Below are positions 8,708 to 17,387 of a stretch of 32,000 nucleotides of DNA, piece by piece. The notes beneath the pieces are model-generated. The model was not told the origin of the DNA and did not search any database. It saw only the letters and a program-made list of their open reading frames with translations. The stretch covers positions 655,512 to 687,511 of the forward strand of contig NZ_AFPU01000001.1 in the NCBI RefSeq assembly GCF_000220175.1, given 5' to 3'. The position numbers and the translations under genes are program-made. Origin of the DNA: Nitrosarchaeum koreense MY1 (GTDB lineage Archaea; Thermoproteota; Nitrososphaeria; Nitrososphaerales; Nitrosopumilaceae). Each line of letters begins with the position of its first letter. The stretch's first letter is position 1.

Positions 8708-10138
8708 TTGGAAAGCACTGGTAATATCCAACAATTCACAAATCCACAAATCATTGAAAAAATTCAATATTTCATAGACACCAATAAAGGTGATGTTGGG
8801 AGGCTTTATCACATTTTAGAACATTTCAAACAAAACAAACCACTTTATCAATCTGACAAAAATTATTTAGAAAGCAAGCTCAGCGTATCCTTTGAAATAA
8901 TTGATGAGAAAAAACCAAACGACAATCCCGTCCTCTCAAAGATTCAATTGCTGATAAGCGCTGAAACCGGCGACCCTGGAAGATTGCAGCACATCTATGA
9001 CATGATATATCAAAACAAACCACTTTATCATTCTGATCAAGTATACCTTGAAAGCAAACTCAATGAACAGGATCCTCCCGAAAATATAGTTACAAAATTA
9101 GAATATTCTAAAAACCGTTACTCTGCTCCAAAAGAGACAGTCTTTGAGGCAAAACCTCCTGCAAAGCCTCAAATTCAAAAATTACGAGGCTCAATGCCAA
9201 AGGACTGGTCTCCTCCAGAAAGCAATTCAAACGAGCTTACTGGAATATATGAAAAAATAAAAACCGAAGAAGAACTGCTTGCAGAAAAGAAAAAAGAACA
9301 CGACCAACTCCAACTGCAACGCTCAAAACTATCTCAGCTTATCTTAAACAGAAAGGACTATGAAAAACAAGTCTTACTTGAAAAAACTCTGCTTGAATCT
9401 CAAATAAAAGAAGAACATCTCAGCATTCAAAATCAGACAAAGCTATCTGAGCAAATTATTTCACAGAAAGCCGAACTAGAACAAGTAAAGTCTGAAAGAA
9501 ATGAACTGATGAAGAAAATTTCAGTTGATAAAGAAAAGATAGCAAAAGACTTGGAGTTTCAAAAGAAACAACTTCTCCAGACAAAACTAGAGCAAGAAGA
9601 GATTGACAAGCAGATAAAAAACGAACAGATTCAGCTTGCTAAAATGGCCGAAGAGCAAAAATCAAATCTGCTCAAACAATCCAAACTAGCACATGAAATA
9701 AATGAAAAGCAAGGATATCTGGAAAAGACCAAAAAAGAATACGAAGACATCGTATCTCAGGTAAACATTGAAAAAAGTAAACTAGTTGAATGTGAAAAAC
9801 TAAAAAAACTAATTGCCTCTCAGGAAAAAGATCTGGTAAAAGCACAAAAAGAACGACTAAAGATAAACCAGATAATATCAAAAGAGAAAGAAAACATTGC
9901 CAAAAAGACAAAAGAGGAACAGGCAAAACTAAAGCAGCAAAGCATCCTTGCAAAACAGCTAGCGTCTGAAAAAAAGAATCTAGAAAAAATAAAACTGGAA
10001 CGAAAAAAAGTTGAAGAAAAGATCAAAAAATTAAAGCCAGCAAAGAAAACAAGAGCATCCAGTAAGAAAGCAAAGGCAAAACCTGCCAATTCTGAGCCTA
10101 AAATAGCAAAATCTACTGAAAACACAGATTCAACCTAG
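8708..10138 (+). CDS. Long coiled-coil protein (476 aa) with duplicated N-terminal 42-aa motif and basic C-terminal tail
   Basis: TTG start. Residues 17-58 and 77-118 are repeats (xKIQ..I....GDxGRLxHI......QNKPLYxSDxxYLESKL; nt 8756-8881 and 8936-9061). They are followed by about 300 aa of K/E/Q/L-rich heptad-like sequence. Confidence 0.7.
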   Translation: MESTGNIQQFTNPQIIEKIQYFIDTNKGDVGRLYHILEHFKQNKPLYQSDKNYLESKLSVSFEIIDEKKPNDNPVLSKIQLLISAETGDPGRLQHIYDMIYQNKPLYHSDQVYLESKLNEQDPPENIVTKLEYSKNRYSAPKETVFEAKPPAKPQIQKLRGSMPKDWSPPESNSNELTGIYEKIKTEEELLAEKKKEHDQLQLQRSKLSQLILNRKDYEKQVLLEKTLLESQIKEEHLSIQNQTKLSEQIISQKAELEQVKSERNELMKKISVDKEKIAKDLEFQKKQLLQTKLEQEEIDKQIKNEQIQLAKMAEEQKSNLLKQSKLAHEINEKQGYLEKTKKEYEDIVSQVNIEKSKLVECEKLKKLIASQEKDLVKAQKERLKINQIISKEKENIAKKTKEEQAKLKQQSILAKQLASEKKNLEKIKLERKKVEEKIKKLKPAKKTRASSKKAKAKPANSEPKIAKSTENTDST

Positions 10139-10227
10139 ACTGTTTGTATCTAATCAAGATTCACAATCATGTCGCCCAATGTTAATCACTTCTTTGAATT
10201 AAACTAATTTTGAATTGTCTTTGTAAA

Positions 10228-11457
10228 ATGAAGTTGCTTGTCGCATTGGTATTCTTGTCGTTTAGTATAATTCCTGTTGCATACGGTTCTGAAATTACTG
10301 GCACTCCTAAGATGGAAGTGTTTGGTCCTAATGACTGGATTACTGTTTTTGTAGATGTTGACGGATATGCTGGCGGTTCTGTTGAATGGACTGCAACTCA
10401 ACCTGATGGCAAAGTAATTACTGGCTCTCTTCCAAGCTTACAAGCATCAAAGGCAACACACAACATTATTCGAACGGCATTTGATAATCAGTTCGGTAAT
10501 TGGACAATTCAGTACAATTACAAAGACACTCAAAAAACACTTGGCGTTTTTGTTGAACCATTGGATGTAAAAATCACTACTGACAAAGATACCTATGGCA
10601 AATTTGATAAAGCAATTATGAAATTTTCTACAAACTATTACGAGCCAAGTGCATCAAAAGCTGAAACTTTGCATGTAAAAATTCTAGATGATAACGGCTC
10701 TCCTGCAAAACTAGTTGAGGAATATAAAACCAAAGTATCGCAAGCAAGTATCGTAGAAGTCTTTTCAATGGATAACTTGCTAAAACACAATCCTTCTGGA
10801 ACTTATCACATAGTTGCAAAATATTATTCAGTAGAAGTCGATGTTCCATTTACTGCTTCAAGTGTAAACGCAGAGACCAACATCTTCATGGGCAGTGACA
10901 AAAACCTCTATGATCCTGGAGACCCAGTTGAAATCAACATAGTTGTGCCTGAGATTTCACTAAATTCTGGAGTTTTGACAATAACATATCCGTCTGGAAA
11001 GACAAACACCACAACTATCTCCCCAGTTACTCCATTGAACCGAATAACATTTGACGATGTTACGACATCTGAGATTGGAACTTTTACTGCCAAATTTGTA
11101 TATGGCCCAAACATTGTAACAAAAACTTTTGACGTACTTGCAGAGACACTTGAAAAACCAATGTACAAATCTGAAAACATTGAAGACACAGTTGCAATTC
11201 CACAATGGGTCAGAAACAATGCTGATTGGTGGTCTAAAAACCAAATCACAGATTATGATTTTAAAAATGCCTTACAATACATGATAAGAGAAAATATTAT
11301 TGTAATTCCTGTTTTGCCTAGCTCTGATTCTCCTGTGACTGAAATTCCAGGATGGATCAAAAACAATGCAAAATTCTGGGTAAATGGTGAAATCACAGAT
11401 CAAGAGTTTGCAAAGAGCATCGCATTTCTAGTAACCTCAGGTATTATCAAAATCTAA
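10228..11457 (+). CDS. Secreted adhesin-like protein with two C-terminal NNAxWW-type repeats
   Basis: Signal peptide from ATG 10228 (MKLLVALVFLSFSIIPVAYGS). Beta-rich body. C-terminal repeats IPQWVRNNADWWSKNQITDYDF... (11197-11304) and IPGWIKNNAKFWVNGEITDQEF... (11344-11454). Confidence 0.75.
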   Translation: MKLLVALVFLSFSIIPVAYGSEITGTPKMEVFGPNDWITVFVDVDGYAGGSVEWTATQPDGKVITGSLPSLQASKATHNIIRTAFDNQFGNWTIQYNYKDTQKTLGVFVEPLDVKITTDKDTYGKFDKAIMKFSTNYYEPSASKAETLHVKILDDNGSPAKLVEEYKTKVSQASIVEVFSMDNLLKHNPSGTYHIVAKYYSVEVDVPFTASSVNAETNIFMGSDKNLYDPGDPVEINIVVPEISLNSGVLTITYPSGKTNTTTISPVTPLNRITFDDVTTSEIGTFTAKFVYGPNIVTKTFDVLAETLEKPMYKSENIEDTVAIPQWVRNNADWWSKNQITDYDFKNALQYMIRENIIVIPVLPSSDSPVTEIPGWIKNNAKFWVNGEITDQEFAKSIAFLVTSGIIKI

Positions 11458-11501
11458 AACACTTCAATAGCTTATATTTGCCAAACTAACTTGGCATCGT
11501 A

Positions 11502-11879
11502 ATGGTTGCTAAAAAACCAAATCTGCTAAAAATCGTTGAATCCATGATTAACTTGGATCCAAAAATGAGATTTGCTGCAATCATTGATCAAAAGGGAAAC
11601 ATCAGGGAAGCAATTATGAAGAGCGGAAAGACCTCACTAAAAACCCAAAAAGAAGAGGAGCATTTTTGCAAGCAGGTTGCTCAAAGAAGAAAGATGAGAC
11701 AGGAGTTTAATCGAACTTTGGGAAAGGTTCGATATGTTCACGTTGAAAGAGAAAAAGTAACACAGATGGTAACCTATACTAGAAGAAATATCGTATATTT
11801 TACAATGGAGCCTGAAATGCCAACTAACACTAAAATCCGAATCATCACAAAAATTAAAAAAATCACAGCTCATCTTTAA
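11502..11879 (+). CDS. Conserved-looking small protein (125 aa), possibly Roadblock/LC7-like fold
   Basis: The pattern ...I..LDPKMRFAAIIDQKGNI... resembles a paralogous family I recall as abundant in Nitrosopumilus genomes. The fold assignment is a guess. Confidence 0.5.
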   Translation: MVAKKPNLLKIVESMINLDPKMRFAAIIDQKGNIREAIMKSGKTSLKTQKEEEHFCKQVAQRRKMRQEFNRTLGKVRYVHVEREKVTQMVTYTRRNIVYFTMEPEMPTNTKIRIITKIKKITAHL

Positions 11880-11904
11880 TTTCAATACGTTCACATTTTG
11901 CTAA

Positions 11905-12258
11905 ATGACTCTCAAAAAATACATCATAGATTCAAAGATGTTTGAGTATGATCGCCATTACCGGGAGTGTCAGCAGAGCAATCAGCCGTTTATCAAAGCC
12001 AAAATAAATCCGATAAATGGGAATTATCATGTCCAAATTGACATGATGCCATGCGATTACGAGTTTACAGTTGACGGGGAAAAACAGCTCAAGAAATTAT
12101 TTGATGACGAGGTTTTGTTTCTAAAATCATATCCGAAAAATTCGTTTAGTGGCAGCAGCATCAATAAAGAACTGTCCTGGTTTGATGGCGTCCTGCCTGA
12201 CCGGTTGATTTTATTTTGTGAAAAACTATACGACATATCTCAGAATTATCGCGGATAG
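11905..12258 (+). CDS. Hypothetical protein (117 aa)
   Basis: ATG ORF, 25 nt after the previous gene and 39 nt before the next. Confidence 0.45.
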   Translation: MTLKKYIIDSKMFEYDRHYRECQQSNQPFIKAKINPINGNYHVQIDMMPCDYEFTVDGEKQLKKLFDDEVLFLKSYPKNSFSGSSINKELSWFDGVLPDRLILFCEKLYDISQNYRG

Positions 12259-12297
12259 ATTATTTACACTAATATTGAAATTTGATAAGAGCAATTC

Positions 12298-12582
12298 ATG
12301 TCAAAACCAATCAAAATTTTAATTGACGAGATGGATGATGGATGGGATGACAAGTTACGCAAGTTGGGATACGATGCATACAGCGTAAAGAAGCTTCGCA
12401 GTGACGGCCTAAAACTGCGTACCGATTATTCTGTGATTAATTATGCAAAGGAAAACGACATGATCCTAATTACACGTGATACTGAAAGCGGTCAGGCATG
12501 TGAAGAAAATGATTTACCATTCATACTACTTGACAATGAAGAGATTTTCAAGATAGTAGTTGACAAATTAAAAAATATTTGA
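12298..12582 (+). CDS. PIN-like (DUF5615 / Mut7-C-type) putative nuclease (94 aa)
   Basis: The pattern IKILIDEM....L...GYDA..V..L...G...D..VI.YAKENDMILITRDT matches the small PIN-like toxin-type domain, with acidic residues in IDE and TRD. Confidence 0.55.
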   Translation: MSKPIKILIDEMDDGWDDKLRKLGYDAYSVKKLRSDGLKLRTDYSVINYAKENDMILITRDTESGQACEENDLPFILLDNEEIFKIVVDKLKNI

Positions 12583-13143
12583 TCAGTTTACGCTCTCTGT
12601 TCCTATCTGAGATATCCTTAGATTTCCTATTACCTCATTTAGAAACTCTTCTTCTGGCTGATGTACAATTATCTCCATCATTCCCTCCCAGCAATCACTG
12701 ATCTTTCTTGTAATTTGCGAGAACATTCTATCTTTTTTAAATGTGGGATAGTGTGACAATAGTTTCATTACTCCATCAATTGATTGTACAATGTGGATAA
12801 GATGAATTATTGTTCGCAGTCTTTCTTGAAACTCTAATTTGTTTTGCTCAATTATTTGTTTGAACTCTTTTATGTCCTCAAAAATTATCTCGATCTCTTT
12901 ATGCACGCCTTTGAGCTGATTGTTTACAGTCTCTGATATGTTGATTATTTGATATTCGATATGGGACTTGCTGTACATCTTTTTTTCCACCTCCCCTGAT
13001 TCTACAAGCAAACTGATTTCACGATGAACCATCTTTTCATTTCCAACTCTTTTTATCACTCTGCTTGTAAGCTCGGTTCCACGAATCTTTCCACTCTCGT
13101 TTAACACACGTAAAATTTCAGTTCTAATAATATCTGAGTCCAT
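12583..13143 (-). CDS. Putative winged-helix DNA-binding protein with helical C-terminal domain (186 aa)
   Basis: N-terminal wHTH-like segment (IIRTEILRVLNESGKIRGTELTSRV....REISLLVESGEVEKK). Its 3' end abuts the 3' end of 12298-12582 with no gap. Confidence 0.55.
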   Translation of the reverse strand: MDSDIIRTEILRVLNESGKIRGTELTSRVIKRVGNEKMVHREISLLVESGEVEKKMYSKSHIEYQIINISETVNNQLKGVHKEIEIIFEDIKEFKQIIEQNKLEFQERLRTIIHLIHIVQSIDGVMKLLSHYPTFKKDRMFSQITRKISDCWEGMMEIIVHQPEEEFLNEVIGNLRISQIGTESVN

Positions 13144-13204
13144 ATTTTTCTTGGATTAAACTCATTCACTTAAACGTACAAGTGTCTCTTGTGGCTATCT
13201 AGGA

Positions 13205-13522
13205 TCATCTGTTGTACTTTTCTAAAACCTTGGACTCGCCGTCTTTTTTTAGCTCTTCAATCAGATCTTCTAAAATTTTAATCCCGTTTATGATTGGTTC
13301 CTTGTCTAGTTTTTTGTTTTCTAGCTTTTGCTTTAGCACCATCTTTTCATTGTGTATAAAACTCAAAAGGCTAACCCTGCCCTGTATATTCAAGTTAATG
13401 TAAAATTTCACATAGTCATTTGTGGTCTTTATGCCCATGTTTTTGATGATTTTTTCTACTATTTGATTTGTTGTTCTAAATCCTGAGGTTAATGGTGCGT
13501 CTATGTGTACTATGAAAAACAT
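13205..13522 (-). CDS. Hypothetical protein (105 aa)
   Basis: Complete ATG ORF. The antisense ORF 13212-13403 is Ser/Phe-rich low complexity. Confidence 0.45.
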   Translation of the reverse strand: MFFIVHIDAPLTSGFRTTNQIVEKIIKNMGIKTTNDYVKFYINLNIQGRVSLLSFIHNEKMVLKQKLENKKLDKEPIINGIKILEDLIEELKKDGESKVLEKYNR

Positions 13523-13558
13523 ACAGAATCTTATCTTTATGAAATATTTCTTACTGTT

Positions 13559-13711
13559 ATGCCAGAATTGGAATATGATGTTTTAAATTCCCTAAGGGAA
13601 TCAACTGACAGAAAAATTGAACGACTAGAAAAGAGAATAGAAGATTTGCACCTGTACATAGGTAATCTTAATGAGCGACTAAATTATCTAAACGAAAAAA
13701 TTGCTGACTAG
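13559..13711 (+). CDS. Small coiled-coil protein (50 aa from ATG 13559)
   Basis: The track's GTG start at 13505 overlaps the divergent gene. The ATG at 13559 gives MPELEYDVLNSLRE...KIERLEKRIEDL, a clean heptad pattern. Confidence 0.35.
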   Translation: MPELEYDVLNSLRESTDRKIERLEKRIEDLHLYIGNLNERLNYLNEKIAD

Positions 13712-13793
13712 TCTTCTTTTTAATTTATTTTTCATGCATCTGAATATTGCGACAATATGACAGGTTTATTTACAATTTCACCTGTAATGTATT

Positions 13794-14048
13794 ATGGACA
13801 CATGTGATATTAGGACTCGTGCATACAAAAATGGAAAAACTTTTGCAGAGTGCAGAGAAATTGCAGAGTCTATGAATCCGTCATTTAAAGAACATATTGA
13901 AAAAAATGGTAAAGTTATGTGGACTGAAATTTTGGAAAAAGTTGATCATGACGAACTAATTTACAAACTGACATTAAAGTATCTCAGACGAGATGGATAC
14001 GACATTGGAAATCATAAAATTCCTGAAGTAAAAAAATTTATTTCGTAG
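13794..14048 (+). CDS. Hypothetical protein (84 aa)
   Basis: ATG ORF with protein-like composition. Confidence 0.4.
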   Translation: MDTCDIRTRAYKNGKTFAECREIAESMNPSFKEHIEKNGKVMWTEILEKVDHDELIYKLTLKYLRRDGYDIGNHKIPEVKKFIS

Positions 14049-14859
14049 AATCTATTTTACAGCTGCCATCTGGGTTTCTGAGTTTTCTTGCCATTATTAT
14101 TGGCGTTACAAATAACACTGGGATGGATATTGCAATGAAAAATGTTTGCAGCTGTGACAATGCAATGGATAGTGCAATGCCACTAGCAGTTCCGACAAAT
14201 ACTGATAGAAACGTACCTGCACATGTTGGGCATGCAATGAACAATCCTGCAGCTGCACCTATTGTGCTTGCACCTCTTCCTTTTTTTGATATTGTATATG
14301 CGCTAACTGCAATTGACATGTTCAATCCGACCAAGTATGATACTACTAGTTGAAGCACCAAGTTGATTGGTAAAATTTGCAATCCTACATGCTCTGTTAG
14401 ATATATTATGACTTTGGGCATGTATCCAAATTGATCACAGCAAGGAGCAACAAACCCTGAAGGTATGGTTGCACCATAATGTGTGATGAAATTTACTTCT
14501 GGCTGATACACAAGTGTTCCTGATATCAAAGAAAAGAAAATTCCATATGTGATAAATGTGACTAGAAAAATTTTTCTTGATTTGGAATTCCATGTGGTAA
14601 TTGCAATTATTGACAAAATATCAGTTCCATTTTTTCGCACTTTTTCTTTATGATACATGTACAACCCGTATGCTATTGCTCCAAACGCTGCAAGCAGTAT
14701 GATGTAAAACCCATATGCTATTCTTTGAATTGTATCCATCGCATCTGGTGTGAATACTTCTGGATTTTGGTATCTTGAATAAATTACAAATATGAACGCC
14801 ATTACTGCAAATCCTAAAACAATTAGTTTTTTTCCACTGCTGGGATATTTCTCTTCCAA
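14038..14859 (-). CDS. Polytopic membrane protein with CC and CPTC cysteine motifs (273 aa)
   Basis: About 7 predicted hydrophobic helices. PCCDQFGYMP lies in a loop, and ACPTCAGTF lies at the start of a helix. Confidence 0.65.
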   Translation of the reverse strand: MEEKYPSSGKKLIVLGFAVMAFIFVIYSRYQNPEVFTPDAMDTIQRIAYGFYIILLAAFGAIAYGLYMYHKEKVRKNGTDILSIIAITTWNSKSRKIFLVTFITYGIFFSLISGTLVYQPEVNFITHYGATIPSGFVAPCCDQFGYMPKVIIYLTEHVGLQILPINLVLQLVVSYLVGLNMSIAVSAYTISKKGRGASTIGAAAGLFIACPTCAGTFLSVFVGTASGIALSIALSQLQTFFIAISIPVLFVTPIIMARKLRNPDGSCKIDSTK

Positions 14860-15095
14860 TATTTTTTTGTAATTTGTTTATGAATTAATTCTATTCTCTT
14901 GCTTGCATTGATCTTGGCTGTAATTTACGCATGAATCTGCCGTAGTTGGAATTTTAATTGTTATTTGTTGATTTTGTATCTTTGTTTTGATTGTTTATGA
15001 TCTGGATCTGAGAAAAATTATTTTTAAATATTTTTTATAAAGTCATGAAAAATTCTCACAAGTTAAAATGATTATCCTTAGTATCTTTATAAGCA

Positions 15096-15548
15096 GTGAA
15101 CCGAAATGTAAATTGCATAACAATGGAAATTGATCAAGCACAAGAACCAGATTATGAATCAGTAAAAATCGACTATGTTGGATTTGTAGATCCTTATGCA
15201 GTTGAAGGAATGCTTGTCCTCAAAGGCGATGATGACAAAGAGTTTCACATGAGAGCATTTTCTGGCGAGGTTGCAAGACACATATCCAGTTTTGTTGACA
15301 GCTCGGCTGAATCAGTTCCGTCCATTTACAAAATGATAGAAGAGATTTGTGAAGAAAACGAGTTGATACTAGTCAAGGTCAAGATTTATGAAAGTGGCGA
15401 AGTGTTGCGCGCAAATCTGTACTTTACTGGAAAAAAGGATCTTGTATTGCGAAATTATCGAGCATCTGATGCCATGGCATTAGGGGCTTTGTATAACATT
15501 CCAATTCTAGTACGTAAAAATCTGCTAAAAGAACACATGGAAGCATAA
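15096..15548 (+). CDS. Bifunctional-nuclease (BFN/DUF151) domain protein
   Basis: ...FHMRAFSGEVARHI... and the C-terminal YRASDAMALGALYNIPILVRKNLL match the RPSDAIALAlr..aPIfV signature of the BFN family. Start is GTG 15096 or ATG 15123. Confidence 0.65.
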   Translation: MNRNVNCITMEIDQAQEPDYESVKIDYVGFVDPYAVEGMLVLKGDDDKEFHMRAFSGEVARHISSFVDSSAESVPSIYKMIEEICEENELILVKVKIYESGEVLRANLYFTGKKDLVLRNYRASDAMALGALYNIPILVRKNLLKEHMEA

Positions 15549-15602
15549 GTGACATTTGATCTAAAATAAAATTAATCTACCAGTGCAAACTATCCAAACC
15601 AA

Positions 15603-15809
15603 GTGACTGAGACTAGAGTAAATGATGCATTAGACATGTTAAACATTTTTGCAGATACTATTCGTTCTACTGTTTCTGAGCTTGAAAAGCAAATAGCAAA
15701 TAAAGAAGACGGCGAGATTAAAAGAACTTTTGAAGTGTTTATGGACATGGAGATAAGCAGAATCTATGTAATTGAGGAGATAATTCGCAAACTAGAGTCT
15801 GATGAATAA
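15603..15809 (+). CDS. Small helical protein (68 aa), paralog of 4302-4505
   Basis: GTG start, 54 nt downstream of the BFN gene. See the alignment given for 4302-4505. Confidence 0.6.
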   Translation: MTETRVNDALDMLNIFADTIRSTVSELEKQIANKEDGEIKRTFEVFMDMEISRIYVIEEIIRKLESDE

Positions 15810-16895
15810 CTAGTTTATCTTGATGATTCCAATTTTGACTAGATGTTCTATTCCACTGATAAAGTCCGTCTCTGTAATCTTGTCTTCTGACCACCACTTT
15901 GCATTGTTTCTTACCCACAATGGTATCTCTTGAGTAAAAATTCCAGTCGATTCTCTGACTTCACTCACCTTGATGATGTCTTTTTGCACCAAATACTGTA
16001 TTCCAATTACAAAATCTCTGTCAGTAATTGTTCCACTTGACCACCACTTTGCATTTTGTTTTATCCATTCAGGTATATCTTGCTCTGCTGGTTTTTCTGA
16101 TATTGGTTCAAAGATTGGTTGAGGTGTCTCTAAAACTGGAGTAGTGTTGATTGGTTTGAATCCGTTTGGCGTGTAAATTGATTTTATCTTTTGTACGTCG
16201 ATTGGTTTTATCTTCATTAGCTTTGAGTTCTCATGTGAAAACACTGCCATGATTGACTCTGCATCAACCAATCCTTTTGCCCAAACTGAATTTACTTTTG
16301 GATCATCTGCTTGATAGTGACCCAATCCCAATGCATGTCCAATCTCATGAGTTATTGTAGTTCGAAGTTTTTCTGACATTAGTATGCCTTCTCCATAACA
16401 TACGTTATAGTAGATGTATTTCTCGTCACTTGTTTTGCAGATCTGTATGTCTCTGTAATAGATTTTAATTAATTTAAAACCAGAATCATCTGAATATGTT
16501 ACTCCTAGCACTCGATACATCTCGTTTTTCTCTGTTGGTATTGGGTAAAATTCAATTATGACGTTACAATCTTTTTGCAGATTGTTTTGCACATCTTTTT
16601 CTGTTAATAGTTTGTAGTTTATCTTCCAGTTGTCCTTTGTGTTTTTTCCCTCTTGTACTTGTAATGCAGATTGCCAATCCTGGACTGCAAGCCTTGCAGA
16701 CTCTTCTAGTCTGTCAACTCCCCACTGTTTTAGATATGGATCCTGTTCCAGTGTTGGTTGATATGTGCAGACAAGCGGTGTGTCAAAGAATTGCCTGCCA
16801 AATATTTTGTATTCGATATTGTATCCAAACGAATCATGTACAAGATTTATGCTCAAAAGAAAGCCTATTGCAAACAGCATGATTATGATTTTCAA
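15810..16895 (-). CDS. Secreted metzincin (matrixin/M10-like) zinc metalloprotease with two C-terminal NNAxWW-type repeats
   Basis: Signal peptide MKIIIMLFAIGFLLS. Zinc site HEIGHALGLGH (HExxHxxGxxH) with a downstream SIM Met-turn candidate. Repeats IPEWIKQNAKWWSSGTITDRDF... (15966-16076) and IPLWVRNNAKWWSEDKITETDF... (15816-15926). Confidence 0.85.
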   Translation of the reverse strand: MKIIIMLFAIGFLLSINLVHDSFGYNIEYKIFGRQFFDTPLVCTYQPTLEQDPYLKQWGVDRLEESARLAVQDWQSALQVQEGKNTKDNWKINYKLLTEKDVQNNLQKDCNVIIEFYPIPTEKNEMYRVLGVTYSDDSGFKLIKIYYRDIQICKTSDEKYIYYNVCYGEGILMSEKLRTTITHEIGHALGLGHYQADDPKVNSVWAKGLVDAESIMAVFSHENSKLMKIKPIDVQKIKSIYTPNGFKPINTTPVLETPQPIFEPISEKPAEQDIPEWIKQNAKWWSSGTITDRDFVIGIQYLVQKDIIKVSEVRESTGIFTQEIPLWVRNNAKWWSEDKITETDFISGIEHLVKIGIIKIN

Positions 16896-17001
16896 TATCT
16901 TTCTTGATTTTCTAAAAACTTAAGGATTTAGTAGAATGGAATCATTTGGTCTGATTTATTTTTGCTAAACATATTTAATGTCAAATTAAAAATTGCACAA
17001 C

Positions 17002-17139
17002 GTGGGATTTTTCAGAAAAGAAAAAGTCATACTTGACACCAAGTGCAGAGAATGTGGCATGGAGTTCTCTGAAACTGAGAGAATGCTGCGCCACATGATA
17101 AAGGCTCATACAAAGAAAAAACCAAGTTGCAACTGCTGA
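17002..17139 (+). CDS. C2H2 zinc-finger micro-protein (45 aa)
   Basis: GTG..TGA ORF below the track threshold. CRECGMEFSETERMLRHMIKAH fits C-x2-C-x12-H-x4-H. A basic tail follows, ending in CNC. Confidence 0.5.
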   Translation: MGFFRKEKVILDTKCRECGMEFSETERMLRHMIKAHTKKKPSCNC

Positions 17140-17174
17140 CAAAGTATTAAACAGCATCTTTTCGTATCTTATAC

Positions 17175-17387
17175 ATGAGTGAACAAGAAAAAATTATGGA
17201 TAATCTACTAAACGTAGATCTTGAGATAATTGATTGCGTTAGGGCACTTCAAGAAGCTAACTGGGATTCAGGTAGTCTGAAACAACAAGTCGGTGATTTG
17301 CTAAAACTCCGTGATGATATGGTTGAAAAATTAATGTCATTAAAAGGCGATGATCACGAATGTGGTTGTGGTCATCAACACGAATAA
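17175..17387 (+). CDS. Small helical protein with Cys/His-rich C-terminus (70 aa)
   Basis: ATG ORF 35 nt after the zinc-finger ORF. The C-terminal HECGCGHQHE suggests metal binding. Confidence 0.45.
   Translation: MSEQEKIMDNLLNVDLEIIDCVRALQEANWDSGSLKQQVGDLLKLRDDMVEKLMSLKGDDHECGCGHQHE

Noticed and set aside
9672-10125. ORFs 9672-9953 and 9820-10125 antisense to the coiled-coil gene.
   Set aside because: Phe/Leu/Ser-rich products are the expected complement of a K/E-rich coding strand.
14123-14353. A 76-aa plus-strand ORF.
   Set aside because: It is antisense to the polytopic membrane protein gene and has Ala/Pro/Asn-rich shadow-frame composition.
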